64,000 nt of DNA from Candidatus Poribacteria bacterium. GTDB taxonomy: Bacteria; Poribacteria; WGA-4E; GCA-2687025. Under the pieces are notes generated by a model, which was given only the letters and a program-made list of their open reading frames with translations, did no database searches and was not told where the DNA came from. This document shows, one piece after another, positions 58,601-64,000 of the stretch (position 1 is the stretch's first letter; each line of letters begins with the position of its first letter). Made by a program: the position numbers and the translations under genes. The stretch spans positions 1,248,001 to 1,312,000 of the forward strand of contig OY762492.1 of assembly GCA_963665845.2 (NCBI GenBank). Direction: 5' to 3'.

Positions 58601-59381
58601 GCCGCTGAGCAGTCTTGCGGAGGCTCGGATCGGCGTCAAAACAGGCGCCAACGAGTTCTTTTTTCTGGACGAAGCGCAGATTCAGAAATGGGGAATTGAG
58701 CCGAAGTTTTTGCATCCCGGTGTCAAAAATTCGAGTGATTGCAAAACGATCCGCATTGATCCGAGGCGGCTGCATCTTCAGCTGTTCATGTGCCATACCG
58801 ATGAAGAGGCGTTGACGGGAACCGCCGCGCTGGAGTATATCCGCTGGGGCGAATCGCAAGGGTTCCATCAACGCCCAAGCTGCCGAGGACGCCCTAGATG
58901 GTATGATTTAGGGGAACGGCGGAAGCCGACGCTTGTGTTCAATCGTACGGTTCATTCAACAGCGAGAACCTTGTATGCGCCTGACGGTTGCTATGCAAGC
59001 AACACTTTTCATGAGGTACATGCGGATTCAGATTTGACGCTGCCGCTGTGCGCCGCCTTGAATTCAACGCCGTTTCAGTTGATGGTGAACACGATGGGGC
59101 GTTCGAATCTCGGCGGAGGCGCGCTGGCAATTGAGGCTTACGAACTTTTAGATTTGCAGTGCCTAGATCCAAAGACCTTTGCCTTTGACGACGCGGCGCT
59201 GTTCGATTCGTCGGCGTGGGATGCGGTCAAGTTGTCCGACGCCCGACGCGCTCTCGACAGCGTCATCTTCGATGCGCTCCATCTGACGCAAGGCGAACGC
59301 GACGGCGTTTATGAGGCGGTCGTCCGTCTGGTGGAGAATCGGCTTCGGAAGGCGAAGAGCGCGCGGGGCCGCTCCCGCTAG
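55665..59381 (+). CDS. Eco57I/type IIG-like restriction-modification protein (gamma-class N6A MTase plus TRD)
   Basis: IPFLNGGLF, LDPELLG.VFENL, GSFYTP, IIDPACGSGAF and IVIGNPPY. The ORF-track start at 55500 runs through repeats; the real start is 55665 or 55686. Confidence 0.88.
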   Translation: MKMMGGKMSLRDEIKRALGAFSGGKLSDNAANLFKTLGYESQRTLNRPDNSPDALLKDFDTEECFDREKARLNEWETADFLFQLTAHELSLPTTDPQPAAENRLDRSVYKSYLFFAVRLKGDEYPRGALARMTREINRLFSMPSFVLFQHGRTLTFSVIDRRPNKIQPERDVLEKVTLIKDIDVQQPHRAHLDILADLSLDILSSTQTFENIMQFHEAWRKTLDASELNKRFFKEIADWHFWAVKTAAFPEDGDPDDSQRRSANGVIRLITRLIFVWFLKEKQLVPEELFDKEEAGRLLNSLEDEESSYYKAILQNLFFATLNQEMNQPGKKKKRDFRNDGQHYNITHLYRYRRLFSDPQAALKLFESIPFLNGGLFECLDKPDPENPKKVLRVDGFSDRSDNQIDVPNELFFAEKKSVDLNEAYGTENKLYSARGVLRILERYKFTVAENTPIEEEVALDPELLGRVFENLFAAYNTETAAAARKEQGSFYTPRGMVNYMVDESLVAYLKNSVNDEERLRKLTAYNDEPHGFADDETERLIEAIDRLKIIDPACGSGAFPMGILHKLVHMLGKLDPLNEQWKQRQIARVDNAIKEVEQIDVYQSRDHVDGAIKELEQEKADIEEAFARNELDYPRKLFLINKCIHGADIQPIAAQIAKLRFFISLIIDQKTDDKRENRGVRPLPNLETRFVAANTLIDLERPEGLHFSDIERKKKDLKAIRDKHFTVRDPRTKEKYRKKDEELRKQISELILKKIGAAREFSRETAEMMANWDPYDQNAVADFFNAEWMFGVEQFDIVIGNPPYVRQEKIDKKLKALLKDKKRYTAFTGKSDLYISFYERGFQLLKERGVHTFICSNSWLDVQYGAPLQEYLLTNAAEGVVCHSEAERAFETADVNTIVSLFRKGKPDELAQMRFITFKGAVGDAEQEEPQERAPSYEQLLQEGTRNGKYAGGKWGGRYLRAPDIYWTILKKGEGKLKPLSSLAEARIGVKTGANEFFFLDEAQIQKWGIEPKFLHPGVKNSSDCKTIRIDPRRLHLQLFMCHTDEEALTGTAALEYIRWGESQGFHQRPSCRGRPRWYDLGERRKPTLVFNRTVHSTARTLYAPDGCYASNTFHEVHADSDLTLPLCAALNSTPFQLMVNTMGRSNLGGGALAIEAYELLDLQCLDPKTFAFDDAALFDSSAWDAVKLSDARRALDSVIFDALHLTQGERDGVYEAVVRLVENRLRKAKSARGRSR

Positions 59382-59388
59382 GCGGGTC

Positions 59389-59573
59389 GTCATTCCCGCC
59401 GCCGTTCCGCGTCCCCCGCCGTCCCCCGCTTCCGCGAGGGCATGCATTCCCGCGCCCCTCGCTGTCATTCCCGCGCCCCTCCTCGTCATTCCCGCGTAAG
59501 CGGGAATCCAGAGGCGCCGCCGAAACCGCCCGCGCTCCTCGCCGTCATTCCCGCGTAAGCGGGAATCCAGAGT
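59389..59573. repeat. cluster of complete and partial GTCATTCCCGC hairpins
   Basis: Two full attccc-gcgtaagc-gggaat hairpins and several half sites. Confidence 0.85.
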
Positions 59574-59594
59574 CCGCAAGGTCAGCCTTTTCTG

Positions 59595-59623
59595 TTGACA
59601 TTCGCTGTCGGGCATGATAGGGT
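59595..59623 (+). promoter_or_regulatory. sigma70-like promoter for the long TPR antitoxin
   Basis: TTGACA-17 nt-TAGGGT. Confidence 0.5.
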
Positions 59624-59650
59624 TACTAGCGTAATGATTGGAGCGTCGGT

Positions 59651-62269
59651 ATGAGCGAAATACAGCCTCACGATAATTCGAGCTTGGCACGGTTTGTTCC
59701 GAGCTTGGCACAGTTTAACGAAAAGCAGCAGCCTATCGTTATTCGGATATCTGCACAGTTTCTGGAATTTGAGGCAGATCCGTATCTGTTCCGCGGCCTT
59801 CCGAAGGAGAGTGCGGATAACAGACCGTATAATGAATCTGATGTCCGGAACCACCTAAGACGCGGTAACGATGCGCATGTGAAAGGCGATCTTGACGACG
59901 CCATCAGAGAATATACCAAAGCGATTGAGCTGGATCCAAACTCTGCCGACGCTTATCGCCTGCGCGGCGTCGCTTACGGCACAAAAGGCGATCTTGACGA
60001 CGCTATCAAAGATTTCAGCAAGGCGATTGAGCTGGATCCAAACTCTGCCGACGCCTATCACAATCGCGGCTTTGCTTACGGCACAAAAGGCGATCTTGAC
60101 GACGCCATCGAAGATTATACCAAAGCGATTGAGCTGGATCCGAGCTCCGTCATCACTTATGTCTTTCGCGGCATGGCTTATGTTCAAAACAGCGAACATG
60201 AAAAAGCCATTGACGACTGCAGCAAGGCAATCGAAATCGATTCAGACAATCTTGACGCCTACAACTTTCGCGGCTGCGCTTATTTCGGAAAAGGCGATCT
60301 CGACAAAGCCATTGACGACTACAGCAAAGCAATCGAAATCGATCCAAACAATGCCATAACCTATGCCAACCGAGGCAGCGCTTATGTCCAAAATAGCGAG
60401 CGTGGAAAAGCCATTGACGACTGCAGCAAGGCAATCGAAATCGATCCAAACGATGCCTTCGCCCATCGGATTCGCGGCGACGCTCATGCCGAAAACAACG
60501 ATTTTCAGGCAGCCATAAAAGATTTTGACAAAGCGGTTGAACTGGACCCAAACGATGTCGGCGTCTATAACAGTCGCGGCTACGCTTATGTCCAAAAAGG
60601 CGATTTTCAGGCAGCCATAAAAGATTTTGACAAAGCGGTTGAACTGGACCCAAACAATATGGCTGTTTATAACAATCGCGGCTACGCTTATGTCCAAAAA
60701 GGCGATTTTCAGGCAGCCATAAAAGATTTTGACAAAGCGGTTGAACTGGACCCAAACAATGCGGCGGTCTATGCCAATCGTGGCAAGGCTTATGCCAAAA
60801 ACAGCGATTTTGAGACTGCCATCGAAGATTATACCGAAGCAATCGAACTGGACCCAAATGATGTCGACATCTATAACAATCGCGGCATTGCTCATGCCGA
60901 AAACAACGATTTTCATGCAGCCTTCGAAGATTTTAATAAAGCGATTGAGATCAATCCAAAATATGCAGAAGCCTATAGCAATCGCGGTGGAGCTTACGCC
61001 CGAAAAGGCGATTTTGAAACAGCCATCATAGATTATGACAAATCGATTAAACTGGACCCAAAAGGAGTCAATGCCTATAGCAATCGCGGTCGGGCTTACG
61101 CCCGAAAAGGCGATTTTGAAACAGCCATCGAAGATTATACCGCAGCGATCGAACTGAACCCGAACGATGTCGGCGTCTATAACAGCCGCGGCATTGCTCA
61201 TGCCGAAAACAACGATTTTGAGGCTGCCATCAAAGATTTTGACAAAGCGATTGAACTGGATCCAAACGAGGACAACATCTATAGAAATCGCGGTCGGGCT
61301 CACGCCATAAAAGGCGATTTTGAGGCTGCCATCGAAGATTATACCGAAGTGATTGAGCTGGACCCAAACGATGTCAATGCCTACCGCAATCGTGGCTTGG
61401 CCTATGCTCAAAACAGCAATTTTGATGCCGCTATCCTGGACTACACAAAAGCGATTGAGCTGAACCCAAACGATGCTGTCGCCTATAACAATCGCGGCTT
61501 GGCTTACATCCCAAAACGCGATTTTGACGCCGCCATCAGAGACTATGACAAGGCGATCGAGATAAATCCAAACTTTGCCGACGCCTATGGCAATCGCGGC
61601 AACGCTTATGCTGGAAACAGTGATTATGATGCGGCTATTCAGGACTACACAAAAGCGATTGAGCTGAACCCAAACGATGCTATCTCCTATAACAATCGCG
61701 GCAGCATTTATTACGCTGGAAAACGCGATTTTGACGCCGCTATCAGAGACTATGGCAAGGCAACAGAACTGGATCCAAACAATGCCGGCGCCTATAATAA
61801 CCGCGCCAATGTTTACCGCACTAAAGGCGAGATCGACAAGGCAATTGAGGACTACAGCCGCTTGCTAGAGATGCGTCCGAAGGTCGCGCGTCACTTTTAC
61901 CTACGCGGCGCAGCGCGGCTGCTGGCAAAAGACTGGGACGGCGCGGGGGATGACTTGTCCGCGTCGCTCCTTCAAGGCGTGGACGTTGCCGCCGAATTTG
62001 AGAAAACCTTCGGAAGTGCCGCTGTCTTTGAAGAGAAAACTGGCGCTCGTTTACCGTCCGAAATTATGGAGCTGGTGCGCCCGCGGGAGGGCGTCCCGTT
62101 TGAGATGGACAAGGAGGCGCGCGTCGCCTTGGCGATGCGTTATTACGCAAACGACGAATTGAGCAGCGGTCTTGCCGCCCGACTTGCCGGCGTGTCGCGC
62201 GTCGATTTTTGGGATCTCATGGGCGATTACGGACTTTCTATCTTTAGCTTTGACGACGACGAGCTTTGA
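59651..62269 (+). CDS. long TPR (about 20 repeats)-UPF0175 antitoxin-like fusion, copy 4
   Basis: Twenty 34-aa repeats (Y.NRG.AY...D...AI.D..KAIE.DP) followed by the same cap and UPF0175 module as the short copies. Confidence 0.88.
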   Translation: MSEIQPHDNSSLARFVPSLAQFNEKQQPIVIRISAQFLEFEADPYLFRGLPKESADNRPYNESDVRNHLRRGNDAHVKGDLDDAIREYTKAIELDPNSADAYRLRGVAYGTKGDLDDAIKDFSKAIELDPNSADAYHNRGFAYGTKGDLDDAIEDYTKAIELDPSSVITYVFRGMAYVQNSEHEKAIDDCSKAIEIDSDNLDAYNFRGCAYFGKGDLDKAIDDYSKAIEIDPNNAITYANRGSAYVQNSERGKAIDDCSKAIEIDPNDAFAHRIRGDAHAENNDFQAAIKDFDKAVELDPNDVGVYNSRGYAYVQKGDFQAAIKDFDKAVELDPNNMAVYNNRGYAYVQKGDFQAAIKDFDKAVELDPNNAAVYANRGKAYAKNSDFETAIEDYTEAIELDPNDVDIYNNRGIAHAENNDFHAAFEDFNKAIEINPKYAEAYSNRGGAYARKGDFETAIIDYDKSIKLDPKGVNAYSNRGRAYARKGDFETAIEDYTAAIELNPNDVGVYNSRGIAHAENNDFEAAIKDFDKAIELDPNEDNIYRNRGRAHAIKGDFEAAIEDYTEVIELDPNDVNAYRNRGLAYAQNSNFDAAILDYTKAIELNPNDAVAYNNRGLAYIPKRDFDAAIRDYDKAIEINPNFADAYGNRGNAYAGNSDYDAAIQDYTKAIELNPNDAISYNNRGSIYYAGKRDFDAAIRDYGKATELDPNNAGAYNNRANVYRTKGEIDKAIEDYSRLLEMRPKVARHFYLRGAARLLAKDWDGAGDDLSASLLQGVDVAAEFEKTFGSAAVFEEKTGARLPSEIMELVRPREGVPFEMDKEARVALAMRYYANDELSSGLAARLAGVSRVDFWDLMGDYGLSIFSFDDDEL

Positions 62270-62761
62270 ATGTCAGTAAAGCCCGTCATCAGCGACACAA
62301 GTCCGCTTATTGCGCTGTCGAAGATCCAGAAGCTTTCGCTTCTTCGGGATCTTTATACAGAGGTTCTGATCCCTAGAGCTGTTGAAAACGAGTTTCTTCA
62401 AAAGTTTCCAATTGCCCGCCAGGAGGAGCTTGACAACGCCCCATGGATCCGAGTCGTTGATTTACAGGACCCTCAAAAAGCAGCGGCAAATGTAAGACTT
62501 GGTCTAGGGGAAGCCGAGGCTTTGGTTCTTGCCGACGAGAAAAAAGCGCGACTCGTTCTTATGGACGAGAAGAAAGGACGGAAGGCAGCCAGAGAGGGCG
62601 AGTTTATCGTTAAGAGAATGGCAGATATTTTGCTGGAGGCAAAGAAGAAACGCCTGATTGACATGGTTGAACCGTATTTAAACGCATTGAAAGCTAAGGG
62701 AGAACGTCTAAGCGATCCGATGATCCATAAAATTCTGAAGGCGGCGGGCGAGGCGGACTAA
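62270..62761 (+). CDS. DUF3368 PIN-domain toxin-like protein, copy 3
   Basis: ISDTSPL, V..E, LG.GEAEA and MDE..GR; ATG abuts the antitoxin stop. Confidence 0.88.
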   Translation: MSVKPVISDTSPLIALSKIQKLSLLRDLYTEVLIPRAVENEFLQKFPIARQEELDNAPWIRVVDLQDPQKAAANVRLGLGEAEALVLADEKKARLVLMDEKKGRKAAREGEFIVKRMADILLEAKKKRLIDMVEPYLNALKAKGERLSDPMIHKILKAAGEAD

Positions 62762-62845
62762 CGGACACGGCGCGTTCTTTCTTGCGCCGCCCGCCCCGAT
62801 GCGTTATGCTGTATCGGCAATCGGTTCGTTATGGAGGCTTTTTCG

Positions 62846-63652
62846 ATGAGAATGACTGACGAGGAGCGTTTTCGTTTTGACCTGAACGGGTATCTGCTGC
62901 GTCCGGCGATTTTGTCCCAGGACGAAATCGACGCGATCATTGACCAGATCGACCGCATCAAGCATGACCCTGAATCGCTGCCGCCTGAGCATCGCGCTGT
63001 GCCGGGCGGTCCGTCCAGCGTGTTGATTGATCATCCGATGGTGATCGGCGTTCTGAATGACATCATCGGACCTGAAATCCGTCTGGAGAGCAGTTTTTGC
63101 ATCTGGCGGCAGAAGGGTCAGAGCGCGGGCGGTTTGCATGGCGGCGGCCCGAGTCAGGGGGATCCGATCTTCGGCTATCGGGTTCGCAACGGGCGGATCC
63201 ATGCGGGGATGGTGCGCGTCGCGTTTGAGTTGACGGCCGTTTCCAAAGAGGACGGCGGGACGCATTTCATACCGGGCAGCCACAAGTCCAACTTCCCGAT
63301 GCATCCTGATCATATGTCGTTGGAGGACGGGAAGCGCAGCCCGTTTTTGACCAGCTACGACTGCCCCGCCGGCAGCGCGCTGTTCTTCACGGAGAACCTG
63401 TGCCATGCGGGTCCTGTATGGAAGCGGGACACGCCGCGCGTCACGGTTTTCAACGCTTACGCGCATCTGGCGACGCACTGGCATCGGTTGACGATTCCGC
63501 CCGCTGTGTTGAACGCCCTGCCGCGCGAGAAGCAGGCGTATTTCAGGGAGCCTTGGGTGGCAGACTTCCGCACCAGTCCCGCGACGCACAACACAATTGA
63601 GCGTTTTGTCGGGAACGAGGAGCCGACGGTCAACACGGATCGGCAGCCTTAG
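62846..63652 (+). CDS. phytanoyl-CoA dioxygenase (PhyH)-family 2OG-Fe(II) enzyme, HxG variant
   Basis: FDLNGYL, LIDHP, LHGG, DGGT..IPGSHK, AGS...F.E.L.H and distal R; GGAGG RBS before 62846. Confidence 0.87.
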   Translation: MRMTDEERFRFDLNGYLLRPAILSQDEIDAIIDQIDRIKHDPESLPPEHRAVPGGPSSVLIDHPMVIGVLNDIIGPEIRLESSFCIWRQKGQSAGGLHGGGPSQGDPIFGYRVRNGRIHAGMVRVAFELTAVSKEDGGTHFIPGSHKSNFPMHPDHMSLEDGKRSPFLTSYDCPAGSALFFTENLCHAGPVWKRDTPRVTVFNAYAHLATHWHRLTIPPAVLNALPREKQAYFREPWVADFRTSPATHNTIERFVGNEEPTVNTDRQP

Positions 63653-63660
63653 CGTTGGCG

Positions 63661-63737
63661 CTTGAGTCGGGACAACGCTGAATATGAACGCGGACGTCGT
63701 TTGTTGGACTCTGGATTCCCGCTTACGCGGGAATGAC
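63661..63737 (+). mobile_element. MITE half copy with dRS3-like hairpin
   Basis: cttgagtcgggaca...aacgcggacgtc...ctctggattcccgcttacgcgggaatgac. Confidence 0.65.
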
Positions 63738-63783
63738 GGCAAAGCCGCTTGCGTTCCGCCGCCGAATCGCGTAGGATTGCCGT

Positions 63784-64000
63784 ATGACAGCCAAGAAGAT
63801 ACGTTTGACAGAAACGGTCGAGTGCGCGGGTTGAGCGTCTAAGTTGTCTCCGGCGGCGCTGGAGAAGGCGGTCGGTCTTTTGCCGAAAACGGACGATCCG
63901 TCCCTGCTTTGGGGGATGGACACGTCGGACGATGCCGGCGTGTACCAGCTCTCTGACGAGATCGCGGTCGTCAACAGCGTCGACTATTTCACTCCCATTG
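63784..64000 (+). CDS. selD: selenophosphate synthetase, selenoprotein form (5' part; runs off the window)
   Basis: MTAKKIRLTETVECAG-UGA-ASKLSPAALEKAV...LLWGMDTSDDAGVYQLSDEIAVVNSVDYFTPI; TGA at 63832-63834 occupies the catalytic Cys/Sec position. Confidence 0.93.
63847..63865 (+). promoter_or_regulatory. candidate bacterial SECIS hairpin
   Basis: tctccgg-cggcg-ctggaga stem-loop starting 12 nt after the in-frame UGA. Confidence 0.65.

Noticed and set aside
59389-59573. Repeated GTCATTCCCGC palindromes resembling a CRISPR array
   Set aside because: Spacing is irregular, spacers are not unique, the same hairpin is dispersed across the window, and no cas genes are present.
60242-61411. 389-aa antisense ORF with periodic hydrophobic repeats
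   Set aside because: It is the shadow of the 102-bp TPR repeats on the opposite strand.
59860-61860. TPR repeats as diversity-generating retroelement template/variable pairs
   Set aside because: No reverse transcriptase is present in the window, and I did not see adenine-restricted differences. Tandem duplication explains the pattern.

Overview
This is a GC-rich bacterial chromosomal window. The gene content (PhyH dioxygenase, DUF6785-like membrane protein, long TPR proteins, C25 gingipain-like protein, RhaI) resembles Candidatus Poribacteria or similar sponge symbionts, but that assignment is inference. Housekeeping blocks include rpsA-metK-ahcY-pfkB, tRNA-Arg(UCU), rhaI-coaD-uvrD, sat, cimA, a Rieske/split cytochrome b operon running into metG-tatD, trkAH-selA-selB, and a selenocysteine-containing selD at the right edge. 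Two accessory loci stand out. (1) At 51.4-62.8 kb, two DNA methyltransferase genes are interleaved with four TPR-UPF0175(COG2886) antitoxin-like fusions and three DUF3368 PIN toxins. One antitoxin carries about 20 TPRs, making this a candidate undescribed sensor-coupled toxin-antitoxin defence array. (2) At 14.6-16.2 kb, a decayed IS110 element is inserted into a dRS3-like hairpin of a ~168-bp MITE. Its donor and target junctions, bridge-RNA guide segments and circle-junction promoter can all be read from the sequence. Other oddities are a UvrD with inserted RecJ-like and DEDDh domains, a possible encapsulin-like/Zn-ribbon protein, an unannotated Cys-rich microprotein in the bc operon, and an HxG-type PhyH. 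All family assignments come from motif recognition by eye, with no database searches.
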